Origin: Bacillota bacterium
GTDB taxonomy: Bacteria; Bacillota; UBA994
Assembly: GCA_018725535.1 (NCBI GenBank)
Contig: QLUS01000001.1
Span: forward strand, 1-49,065
Reading direction: 5' to 3'
Length of the DNA: 49,065 nucleotides
Positions 34,545 through 43,011 of the stretch are shown in pieces (positions within the stretch are counted from its first letter, which is position 1; each line of letters starts with the position of its first letter). A program made the translations under genes and the position numbers. The notes beneath the pieces are model-generated. The model was given only the letters and a program-made list of their open reading frames with translations, did no database searches and was not told the DNA's origin.

Positions 34545-34684
34545 GCGTAGCGTGGCGGCGTACAGCGTACAGCGTACGGAGGCGTGCTCCGTGCCCAGTG
34601 CCCAGTAGCGGAAAGCGGAAAGCGGAAAGCGGAAAGCGGAAAGCGGAAAGCCTCCCCCGTTCATGATTCACAGCTCAAAGCTCA
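34545..34684. repeat. Heptanucleotide array D (20 consecutive in-phase heptamers)
   Basis: + strand: GCGTAGC GTGGCGG (CGTACAG)x2 CGTACGG AGGCGTG CTCCGTG CCCAGTG CCCAGTA (GCGGAAA)x5 GCCTCCC CCGTTCA TGATTCA CAGCTCA AAGCTCA AAGCCCT. It fills the convergent gap between the decarboxylase and glnL-like genes. Confidence 0.9.
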
Positions 34685-34689
34685 AAGCC

Positions 34690-35550
34690 CTAGCGGCCTG
34701 CGGCCGCTTCATGCGCTAACGCATTTAAAAAGCGCTTAAGGCTTATCTTCCCTCCATAGGGCGCGTTGTGTTCAACATGCCGCATCTCGCACCGCACTTC
34801 GGCAAAGTCAAAAAACGTGGCTGCATAGTTCTCAAAGCGCGGGTGGGCGTAGTCCTCAAGCCCTAGCGCGGCTAGGTGACGCAAAGCGGATTGCACTGCA
34901 CGCCGCATGCGCTGCTCAGCCGCTTTTTGCGCAGTAAGGCTATCCCCCGCGACATGCAGAAGCAAGTCCTTCACGGATACGGTGTCCCTTGTATGGCCGC
35001 AGGCAATAAAAAGAGCTGCATCCTCCAAATCGCGTGCGCCTGACTCTCCACCAATGCCTAAATCATGCAGAAACGCCCTTATTTTGCGCCTCGTCTTGTC
35101 AGTCACCGCGGCGGGTTGCGGCGCAGTCGAGACACTGAGCTCGGCCATAGAGCGGTAGATACTGCTGACAGTTCGCTTTAGGGCGAGGGTTTCACACACC
35201 TTGGCTAAGACAGCGCGTACTTCCCTGCTATTGATCGGCTTGTGAATAAAGAAGTCAATGCCCGCATCGTAGGCTGCCTCCACCATCACCTTAGCCTGCA
35301 CTTGCGAGAGCATCACAAAAGAAGCCGTCAGGCTCGCGGACAACAGGCGTACCAGTTCAATGCCGTCCATATCTGGCAACAGCAAGTCAACCAAGACAAT
35401 ATCGGCGGCTGCGGAAAGCAGTGCCTGTCGTGCATCATGGCCGCAACTGGCAGAACCCGCCAGTACACCTAACCCGCTGTCCTGAATTACCTCTTGCAGC
35501 ATCCGCCTTACGGCAATGTCATCGTCGACCACGAAAAAGCGGTAGTGCAC
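34690..35550 (-). CDS. glnL: Response regulator, GlnL (YcbB) family
   Basis: Receiver domain (FFVVDDDIAVRRML...VLVDLLLPDMDGIELV) and YcbB-type output region. It closely parallels B. subtilis GlnL motifs (MLSQVQAKVMVEAAYDAGIDFFIHKPIN; PRFENYAATFFDF). GTG 35550 follows GAGGGGGG. Confidence 0.78.
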   Translation of the reverse strand: MHYRFFVVDDDIAVRRMLQEVIQDSGLGVLAGSASCGHDARQALLSAAADIVLVDLLLPDMDGIELVRLLSASLTASFVMLSQVQAKVMVEAAYDAGIDFFIHKPINSREVRAVLAKVCETLALKRTVSSIYRSMAELSVSTAPQPAAVTDKTRRKIRAFLHDLGIGGESGARDLEDAALFIACGHTRDTVSVKDLLLHVAGDSLTAQKAAEQRMRRAVQSALRHLAALGLEDYAHPRFENYAATFFDFAEVRCEMRHVEHNAPYGGKISLKRFLNALAHEAAAGR

Positions 35551-35551
35551 C

Positions 35552-36808
35552 TTAATCCCCCCTCGGCAGCGGTATTTGCACGCTAAACGTACTGCCCTTA
35601 CCCTGCTCACTACGCACCGAAATTTCGCCGGCGAGACTTTGAGCTATGGCTTTTACCTGAGCCAGGCCTAAACCTGTAGAGGCTTGCCCTGTGTCGGGGT
35701 TATACTTCGTCGTGTACCCAGGTTCAAAGACTACGCGTAGGTCTTGTTCGCTAATCCCTATGCCTGTATCTCGCACGGCAATATGTAAGTCCATGTCGAG
35801 GACCCGTACGTCTAACCACACAGTGCCCACATGTGGTATGGCTTCGATGGCGTTGCCCATCAGGTTGTTAATAATAGCTAGTATGCGGTGGTAGGCCGCG
35901 ACTTCTGCCTGCCCTTCAATAGAAGAGTGAATGGCAATGTCTTTGCCCTGCTCGTTCGCTAGGGCTTGGTTTGCTTTTACCGCGACTTCTGCGAGTGTCT
36001 GCAGTGCCAGCAGTTTCCCCTGGCTTTCCTTAACCACCACATGGCGGAGCCGCGCCGCCAGACGGGCAAAATCTCGCTTGGCGTCGTGGATTTCCCTCGC
36101 CACGGCCAAGGCGGATTCGGCTTCATCGAGTCCTGATGTTTTTAGCCGCTTGTACAACTGGTGGCTCTGCACCATCACCGATTCTACTTGGGCCAGTGTG
36201 TTTTCAAGATAGAGCAACTCCCCAGTCACATCAGAGGTCAAGAGCAGTAGGCGCCGAAATTCGCGCTCTCTCTGCTCCTGCTTGATGATGACCTCGCGCT
36301 GCTGCCAAGCCGTGTAAGCGAGCCCGGTCAAGGCTCCCCTCACCAAGGCCACTAACCCTAGGAGGTAAACCATAGGTAGAATATCCCGATTAGCGAAATC
36401 TCCCCGAACCACAAGTTCACCGATGTTTGCGCCCATATCGAGAAAAGCCAGACCCCAGACTATGTCTAGCCCCCCGCTGTTTAGCCCCTGTCGCCACAGA
36501 GCCAGCCCCACACCCAGCAAGAGATAGAAAACTCCGGCGGGATAGTGTTTGTCGAGGCCTTGCAGCAACGGTACTTCCGCCAACAAGAAGCCAGCTCCGG
36601 CGCGAAATACTGTGACTGCTACACCCGTGGCCAAACCCGCCACCGGACGGTTCAAACGCTCATGCACCAAGAGATAAAAGCAAAACACACTCACCGCTAG
36701 GCTAAACCTAAACCCGGTGCCAAAGGGAAAGAAACTGAAGTTGCTTACAAAAACGGTGAGAAGCGCGAGATAGGTGAGCGACTTAGTGTTCTGCCACAGC
36801 TTCCACAC
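35552..36808 (-). CDS. glnK: Sensor histidine kinase, GlnK (YcbA)-like, polytopic N-terminal sensor
   Basis: Five or six N-terminal TM helices, a phospho-acceptor region (AREIHDAKRDF) and a GHKL ATPase (NLMGNAIEA, DTGIGI, GLGLAQV). It ends 1 nt before the regulator start. Confidence 0.75.
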   Translation of the reverse strand: MWKLWQNTKSLTYLALLTVFVSNFSFFPFGTGFRFSLAVSVFCFYLLVHERLNRPVAGLATGVAVTVFRAGAGFLLAEVPLLQGLDKHYPAGVFYLLLGVGLALWRQGLNSGGLDIVWGLAFLDMGANIGELVVRGDFANRDILPMVYLLGLVALVRGALTGLAYTAWQQREVIIKQEQREREFRRLLLLTSDVTGELLYLENTLAQVESVMVQSHQLYKRLKTSGLDEAESALAVAREIHDAKRDFARLAARLRHVVVKESQGKLLALQTLAEVAVKANQALANEQGKDIAIHSSIEGQAEVAAYHRILAIINNLMGNAIEAIPHVGTVWLDVRVLDMDLHIAVRDTGIGISEQDLRVVFEPGYTTKYNPDTGQASTGLGLAQVKAIAQSLAGEISVRSEQGKGSTFSVQIPLPRGD

Positions 36809-36825
36809 AGGTAAATGCCCGACCT

Positions 36826-38172
36826 CTAAGTCCCAGCGACAGCTAACGACCCAATAAATAGCGACGGCGCACCAATCGCACCCACGCCGAAATCAAGATC
36901 GTCGCCGATCGCTCTCACGTCAGAGAGCATAGCAAAGAAATTGCCCGCGATGGTAATCTGGTTGACGGGACGAACGATTTGGCCTCCTTTAACTAGATAG
37001 CCGTAGGCCGAGAGCGAGAAGTCGCCCGAGACCGGGTTAGCCCCGGCATGGGTGCCTTGGATGCTGGTAATCACCAGTCCGTCGCCCATAGCTGTAAGCA
37101 GCGCCTGGTAGCAGTTCCGCCCCGGCACAATGTAAAAATTACTGGGCGCAACACCCACAGGCGCATTGTAGGCAGCTTTATGCGCGTTGCCGGTGGACAT
37201 TACGCCTTCTTTTTTGGCGGTCTTTTGGTTGTGGAGCAAAGTAATGAGTACGCCTCCTTCTACTACCGCTTTCTTGCGCGTGGGGAAGCCCTCGGCATCA
37301 AAGGGAGCCGCGTTTGGGCGCTCCGCTAGATGTGGGTCATCCATGATGGTGACTATTTCGCTCATAATGCGCTCGTTAACCTTGCCCTTCAAGAGCGACA
37401 TCCCTTTCTGCGCCGCATCAGCCGAGAAGGATGAGGCAAACGCCGACAAGAAGGTGAGCGCGACGTCTTTGCGCAGTATCACGGGGTAATTGCCGGAGGG
37501 CACCGGCTCCGCACCTAGGAGCGACAACGCTTCTTCTACAGCTTCCTTGGCCAGTTTCGCCGCGTCAAAACGCGAAAAGTCGCGGGCCGCCACAAAGGCA
37601 TAGGACTGCTTGGTGTCCGCTCCCTCTTTAACTACTGCCGATATGTACCCAGCGGCGAAATTATCTCGGTGGCTTAACTTGAGACCATGTGAATTCATAA
37701 TCAGCGTTTCCCCGGAGGTATCACCTACGCTTACTTGCGCCGTGAAGACCCGGTTATCAAGCGCGTAGGCCTGTTCTTCCACCGCCTTAACCCAAGCTAT
37801 TTTTTCACTGGCGGGAACTTCCGGCAAAGACTCGCTAAAGGCATCAATGTGCGTGTAGTTGTCCGGCGCTGCTCCCGTAAAGATTTCCTCGCCTTCGTCG
37901 CCGTCCATGATTGCCGCATTCTCCAAAGCATCCTTAAGCAGCGTCTCCATGCCCTCGTCAGCAAGGTTCTCGGTGAAGGAGTATCCCATCTTGCCGTTAA
38001 TCAGACCACGGAACATCAGGCCGCGGGATTCCGCTAGGGTGTAACTGTCAATTTCTGTCTTGAAAACTCCTACGCGAAACTGATTGCGCGAAGATGCGTA
38101 GACCTCCATATCCCTAAAGCCCACGGTGCGGCCGCGTGTAAAGAGCGCTTTCGCAAAGCTCTGTACATCCAC
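36826..38172 (-). CDS. pmbA: TldE/PmbA-family metalloprotease subunit
   Basis: 448 aa of the TldD/PmbA family (C-terminal GDFSLSAYGYLVKGGQIVRPV...GAPSLFI). It directly abuts tldD. Confidence 0.82.
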   Translation of the reverse strand: MDVQSFAKALFTRGRTVGFRDMEVYASSRNQFRVGVFKTEIDSYTLAESRGLMFRGLINGKMGYSFTENLADEGMETLLKDALENAAIMDGDEGEEIFTGAAPDNYTHIDAFSESLPEVPASEKIAWVKAVEEQAYALDNRVFTAQVSVGDTSGETLIMNSHGLKLSHRDNFAAGYISAVVKEGADTKQSYAFVAARDFSRFDAAKLAKEAVEEALSLLGAEPVPSGNYPVILRKDVALTFLSAFASSFSADAAQKGMSLLKGKVNERIMSEIVTIMDDPHLAERPNAAPFDAEGFPTRKKAVVEGGVLITLLHNQKTAKKEGVMSTGNAHKAAYNAPVGVAPSNFYIVPGRNCYQALLTAMGDGLVITSIQGTHAGANPVSGDFSLSAYGYLVKGGQIVRPVNQITIAGNFFAMLSDVRAIGDDLDFGVGAIGAPSLFIGSLAVAGT

Positions 38173-39564
38173 TTATTTGTCCCCCTTTCGTCCGCCGACG
38201 GTAATCTCTGATACGCGAATGGTTGGCTGACCCACGTCCGTCGGAACACTGCCGCTCAGTGAGCCGCACATGCCTTGCCCACAAGCGAGGTTATTGGCTA
38301 CCATGTCAATGCGCATTAATATCTCTGATCCCTTGCCAATCAAGCTAGCACCCCGCACCGGCTCCATAACCTTGCCGTTTCGCACCATGTACGCTTCGTT
38401 GACCGCGAAGTTAAACTCACCTGTCGCGGGATTAACTGAGCCGCCACCCATGTATCTGGCAAACAACCCGTACTCAGTGTTGGCGATAATTTCGTCTTTG
38501 GAATAGGGGCCCGGTAAGATAAAGGTGTTCGTCATACGCGAAGTGGGCGCGAACTTATAGGACTGGCGGCGGGAATTGCCCGTAGCCTTCGCCTGCATCC
38601 GCCGTCCGTTTAGCATGTCAACGAGATAACCCCTGAGGATGCCGTTTTCAATCAACAGATTTCGCCGCGTGGGGTGCCCCTCGTCATCCACGTTAAGGCT
38701 CCCCCAAGAATTGGGAATCGTGCCGTCGTCTACAGCGCTGACCGCTTCCGAAGCAATCTTCTCACCTATTTTATCGGCAAACACGGAGGTTTTCTTGGCC
38801 ACCGCAGTCGCCTCTAAGCTATGACCGCAAGCCTCGTGAAAAATTACCCCGCCAAACTCATTGTCGATAATCACCGGCATGCGGTCGCTTGGCGCGTAAT
38901 CGGCATGAATCATGGTGCTGGCAATACGTGCCGCCTCCCGCGCGTAAGTATCGATGTCTATCTTGTCGTAAAACTCAAACCCCATGTGGGCCCCGGGCGC
39001 ATAGGTGCCGGACTGCTTTTCGGTGCCCTTTGAGGCAATAGCCGTAATGCCGGTGCGCGTGCGCACACGGCGATCTTCAACTAGGAGGCCGCTAGAATTC
39101 GCGATTTGCACATGTTGGTCCTCGTCAAAGTAGCGCACCGAAACTTGCGAAATAATGAGGTCATATTCTTTGGCCACCTGATAGGCACGCGTCATTATGG
39201 CTACTTTGCGCTGTTTGTCAATTGTGTGAGGAAGGGTATGGATCAGATTTACTTGGGGCAACGTTCCCTTTAGCAAGTTCAAGCATCGGGTTCCGCTTAC
39301 ACCCGGCAGCGCCTCCGCCGCCTCTTTGGCTACTCGCAAGAGGCTCTCGCGGCTACCGTCGTTGGTGTAGGCATAGACGCAATTCGTACCCTGAAAAATG
39401 CGTATGCCTATCCCGTATTCCCGCCCTGATACGCTACTGTCCACTTTCCCCCCGACCATAGATAGGGTGTTGCTGAAGCGGTCCTCAACAAAGACCTCCG
39501 CGAAGTCGCCCCCGGTGCCGAGGGCCGCCGTAATGCAATCTTCTAGCAGGGCTTTTGCCAGCAT
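38173..39564 (-). CDS. tldD: TldD-family metalloprotease
   Basis: The HExxxH-type motif FHEACGHSLEA and the TldD C-terminal beta-domain are present. ATG 39564 follows AAAGGAGGAG. The ORF-track extension to 39813 overlaps the aminotransferase gene. Confidence 0.85.
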   Translation of the reverse strand: MLAKALLEDCITAALGTGGDFAEVFVEDRFSNTLSMVGGKVDSSVSGREYGIGIRIFQGTNCVYAYTNDGSRESLLRVAKEAAEALPGVSGTRCLNLLKGTLPQVNLIHTLPHTIDKQRKVAIMTRAYQVAKEYDLIISQVSVRYFDEDQHVQIANSSGLLVEDRRVRTRTGITAIASKGTEKQSGTYAPGAHMGFEFYDKIDIDTYAREAARIASTMIHADYAPSDRMPVIIDNEFGGVIFHEACGHSLEATAVAKKTSVFADKIGEKIASEAVSAVDDGTIPNSWGSLNVDDEGHPTRRNLLIENGILRGYLVDMLNGRRMQAKATGNSRRQSYKFAPTSRMTNTFILPGPYSKDEIIANTEYGLFARYMGGGSVNPATGEFNFAVNEAYMVRNGKVMEPVRGASLIGKGSEILMRIDMVANNLACGQGMCGSLSGSVPTDVGQPTIRVSEITVGGRKGDK

Positions 39565-39587
39565 GGTGACACTCCTCCTTTGTAGAA

Positions 39588-40757
39588 TCAGTGTTTCAGG
39601 AACTTGGCGATACGCTCCAAACCTAGGGCTAGACGAGTGTCTGGCGTAGTAAGCGAGATACGCCAGTAGCCCTCGCCGAATCGCCCAAAACCTATGCCAG
39701 GCGAGACGATAACGCCTTGCTCGGCTAAAAGCCGCATGGCAAACTCCTGCGATGAAGCGAAGCCAAGCGGAATGGGCAGCCATACGTACAGCGAGGCCCG
39801 GGGCATAGAGCAAGGTAGGCCCATCTTGCCGAGCGCATCTATTACTAGGGCCCGCCGGGCTTCGTAGATGTTACGCATGCGCGCGATTGTCCCCGTTGGA
39901 TTGGCCAAGCCTGCCATGGCCGCAAACTGAATCGCGGTAAACTGCCCGCTGTCGGTAGCTGTCTTCACTTTGCGCAGGGCGGTAATGAGCTGCTCATTCC
40001 CGTAAGCAAAGGCCACGCGCCAACCAGTCATGTTAAAGGGTTTGGAGAGCGAGTTTAGCTCAATACAGCAGTCCATAGAGCCCGGCACTTCCAAGATGCT
40101 TGGGGCCACGAACCCGTCGAAAGTAATTTCCGAGTAGGCGTTATCGTGGCAGATCACAATATTGTGTTGCTTGGCGAACTCGACGGCCCGAGCGAAAAAG
40201 GGTAACTCCGCAGTCGCAGCGGTGGGGTTATTAGGGTAGTTGAGGTACATTAGGGACGCGCGCCTCAAGATGTCTGCGGGAATAGAGTTGAAATCCGGCA
40301 AAAAATCGTTTTCAGGGAGTAGCGGCATAGGATACGGCTCGGCATTAGCTAGAATAGCAGCCATCTCATACACAGGATATGCGGGGTTGGGCACCAGTAC
40401 CACATCGCCTGGGTTCGCTACCGCTAAGGCAAAGTGGGCAATGCCCTCCTTAGAGCCAATCAGCCCGACGAGCTCGCGGTCCGCATGCACACTTACGCCA
40501 AACCGCTGCTTAATCCACGCGGCGGCGCTGCGGCGGAAGGCGGGGTCACCGTCGTATTCTGGGTACTGATGGGTAGCGGTCTTGTGGCGCACGATGTCCA
40601 CAAAGGCTTCGACTATAAAGTCGGGGGTCGGCACGTCGGGGTCGCCAACGCCTAGGTTAATCAGGTCCACGCCGCGAGCGCGCGCCTCCCATTTCAAGCG
40701 GTCAATCTCGGCAAAGAGATACTGCGGCATGTTGTCAATGCGGTCGGCTATGTGCAT
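39588..40757 (-). CDS. Class I/II aminotransferase, LL-diaminopimelate aminotransferase (DapL)-like
   Basis: N-terminus MPQYLFAEIDR...INLGVGDPDVPTP, NYPNNPT, and PLP lysine in NSLSKPFNMTGWR. ATG 40757 follows AGGAGG by 6 nt. Confidence 0.75.
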   Translation of the reverse strand: MHIADRIDNMPQYLFAEIDRLKWEARARGVDLINLGVGDPDVPTPDFIVEAFVDIVRHKTATHQYPEYDGDPAFRRSAAAWIKQRFGVSVHADRELVGLIGSKEGIAHFALAVANPGDVVLVPNPAYPVYEMAAILANAEPYPMPLLPENDFLPDFNSIPADILRRASLMYLNYPNNPTAATAELPFFARAVEFAKQHNIVICHDNAYSEITFDGFVAPSILEVPGSMDCCIELNSLSKPFNMTGWRVAFAYGNEQLITALRKVKTATDSGQFTAIQFAAMAGLANPTGTIARMRNIYEARRALVIDALGKMGLPCSMPRASLYVWLPIPLGFASSQEFAMRLLAEQGVIVSPGIGFGRFGEGYWRISLTTPDTRLALGLERIAKFLKH

Positions 40758-40768
40758 AGTTTTCCTCC

Positions 40769-41658
40769 TCATGAAATTTGCGCGGCAGGCGCGGCGGTGG
40801 CCTGTGATTCTAGATACTGCGCGGTCAAAGCGTTAAGCTCGCGCAAAAACGCGGCACACACCTCGGCAGACAAGCCATCTACCGTCGGTTCGCAGCGCGC
40901 CGTGCAGCCGTCAACTACCCCCGCGTCGCAAAGGTTCCTAAGTAGAGCCTGCTCTTCTGCCGCAGTAGGCAGGAGATTTTCGCTCTGCAGGACTGACAGC
41001 GCGGCAATCAGCGCGTAGGCACCCCAGTTGCTTACGCCCGCGCAGACTATGGCGCGAGCGTCGCTAACGGCCGCGATGGATGCGCCATTTGCGGGAGCGG
41101 CGATACGGCGCCCGGCTCTCCCACATCCAAGTTCATTGCCGCCGTCACCATCGCGATGGTAAAAATGCCTAGCGCCTGTGCCTCAGCCAAAGCCTTGTCC
41201 AGCATCGGCACATGGGGCGAAATATCTACCCCGCGCATATTGCGACACTTGCCATCACTGCCTTGTCCCGGGTACTCTAGAGCCACAAACACTTGGCAAG
41301 GATAGTTATGCCAGAGGTCTACCGGAACCATTCCTAGCCGTAAAGACACAACCTCGCAGCGCAGACCAAGATTTCCCCGGCATGCCTCCATCGCCTGCAG
41401 TGCGCTCTCGGCGCAAAGGATGACTACAGCCTTACCTAGGTGCTCCAAGGCGCGAGCAAGAAAAGCTGCTCCCGGCGGACCGTCGCTTTCTACCGCTTGT
41501 GCGGACGGAATGTAAAACCCTGTGGCGATAACGGCAGTACCAGCCGTTAATAGCCGCTCTGCCGCTAAGGCTAAGGTCCCCGGGCTATGTTCTTGCGCTA
41601 ACCCTCTCTGTCCGGGGTCCTGCCGTAGATGCAATTCAAGTGCTGCGAAGTGCCCCAT
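40769..41658 (-). pseudogene. DUF4392 (D-glutamate cyclase-like) gene with a 1-nt frameshift
   Basis: ORF 41658..41047 matches the family up to ...ALGIFTIA. The conserved continuation GDGGNELGCG...AGVSNWGAYALIAALSVL...VDGLSAEV... is open in another frame from about 41150 to TGA 40771..40769. The total of 890 nt becomes 297 codons if one base is restored at ATCGCGAT|GGTGAC. Confidence 0.7.
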
Positions 41659-41676
41659 AGTAACCTCCTGTAACCG

Positions 41677-42945
41677 TCAGAACTGCGGCAGATGGCGCCG
41701 ATGTGCCTCCAAAAGGTCGGCAACCAAAAGCTGCGCCGTCTGGGTGTTTGGCACTAGCGGGTGCAGGCGCATGGCTTCAATAGCGTGCTGGCGATCCCCT
41801 TTCACTGCGGCTAGTACATTCATGGCTTCGGCTCGCTCCACGCGCGCGATGAGTGCCTGAAGTGACGCGTCGAGTTCCTCCGGTGCGGGCAAAAGCCGCG
41901 CCCCCTCGCTACTTACTTGACTAGGTACTTCGACAATAGCCTCTGCCGGCAGCCACTTTACTACTCCACCATTGCGCCCGTTAACTACCAGACGGTCTTC
42001 CCGCGCGGCTTGTATGCTCGCAATTACCTGCACGGCTAAGTCACCGTGCCCGGCCATGCCACGCCGCAGGCGCAAGCGCGGAGTTGGATGTTCCGCTTGT
42101 TCGCGGTAGTGGCCATAAATCGCAGGAAGCCTGAGCATGAGTTCTTGCGCCCGCGTCCGCCGCATCTTCTGCTGCTCTCTTAGTATTTCAGGTGTAAAGT
42201 AATAATACAAAAGGTAGGGTGAAGGTAGAACGCTAAAGCGCTGCAAAAGGCGCCCCATTCTCCCCACAAAGCCGGGGAGAAGCCCTAATGGCCCGCAAAG
42301 CGAACAGAACTTAGGCAGCAGATTGCGCCCCTTGAAGCGCACTGCTGTCACCGCGCCGCAGTGATTTACCCCTACATTATCTATGGCAAGGTTCTTTGGG
42401 TTGATTCTTAATAGCTGTCCCAAAACTACTTGCATCCCAAAGGGTACGTCGCAAATCGCCGTTATCTTCTCAAACCCACTATCGAGCACGGCGCGCGCCA
42501 CTTGCCCGGTAGGGTTCGTGTAATTGACGAGCTGTGCGTCAGGGCAGAGGTTCTGCATGCGGCGGGTTAGCTCTAGCATGTAGGGAATGGAACGCCAAGC
42601 AAAGGAGAACCCGCCGGGGCCTGTAGTTTCCTGCCCAATGCAATCGAGCCGACGCGGTATTTGTTCGTCGAGAGCGCGGGCCTCTAGGCCCCCGATACGC
42701 ACTTGGCACAAGACGTAATTAGCGCCTGTCAAAGCCTCGTCAAGCACTGCAGTGTCGGTTATGGTGTACTGCGCACCTTGTGCCTCTACCATGCGCCGCG
42801 AAAGTTTGGCGACTACGTTCAGGTTCTCGCGGTCGATATCCATCAGGCAAATCTCTGCCCCCCCTAAGACCGCTTCCTCTGCAAATAACCCCTCAATGAT
42901 GCCGGGCGTAAACGCGCTGGCCCCGCCAATCACTGCGATCTTCAA
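41677..42945 (-). CDS. Glycoside hydrolase family 4-like NAD/Mn-dependent enzyme (6-phospho-beta-glucosidase-like)
   Basis: N-terminal Rossmann MKIAVIGGASAFTPG, ITAICDVPFGMQ (compare GH4 GLCNVPIG), and VGVNHCG. It uses a TTG start. Confidence 0.7.
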   Translation of the reverse strand: MKIAVIGGASAFTPGIIEGLFAEEAVLGGAEICLMDIDRENLNVVAKLSRRMVEAQGAQYTITDTAVLDEALTGANYVLCQVRIGGLEARALDEQIPRRLDCIGQETTGPGGFSFAWRSIPYMLELTRRMQNLCPDAQLVNYTNPTGQVARAVLDSGFEKITAICDVPFGMQVVLGQLLRINPKNLAIDNVGVNHCGAVTAVRFKGRNLLPKFCSLCGPLGLLPGFVGRMGRLLQRFSVLPSPYLLYYYFTPEILREQQKMRRTRAQELMLRLPAIYGHYREQAEHPTPRLRLRRGMAGHGDLAVQVIASIQAAREDRLVVNGRNGGVVKWLPAEAIVEVPSQVSSEGARLLPAPEELDASLQALIARVERAEAMNVLAAVKGDRQHAIEAMRLHPLVPNTQTAQLLVADLLEAHRRHLPQF

Positions 42946-42950
42946 ACAGA

Positions 42951-42996
42951 AACACCGCCCTTCCTTCGCTTAAATTCGCGAGGGCAAGGCGGTGTT
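42951..42996 (-). terminator. Long imperfect hairpin between panB and the GH4-like gene (terminator or attenuator)
   Basis: AACACCGCC...GGCGGTGTT arms have further inner pairing. On the minus strand the hairpin is followed by TCTGTTTG and overlaps the purine-rich RBS region of the GH4-like gene. Confidence 0.4.
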
Positions 42997-43011
42997 CCTG
43001 CGTGACACGTA

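Noticed and set aside
29554-34684. Heptamer arrays as CRISPR arrays.
   Set aside because: The repeat unit is 7 nt with no unique spacers of 25-40 nt, there is no leader, and no cas genes lie in the window.
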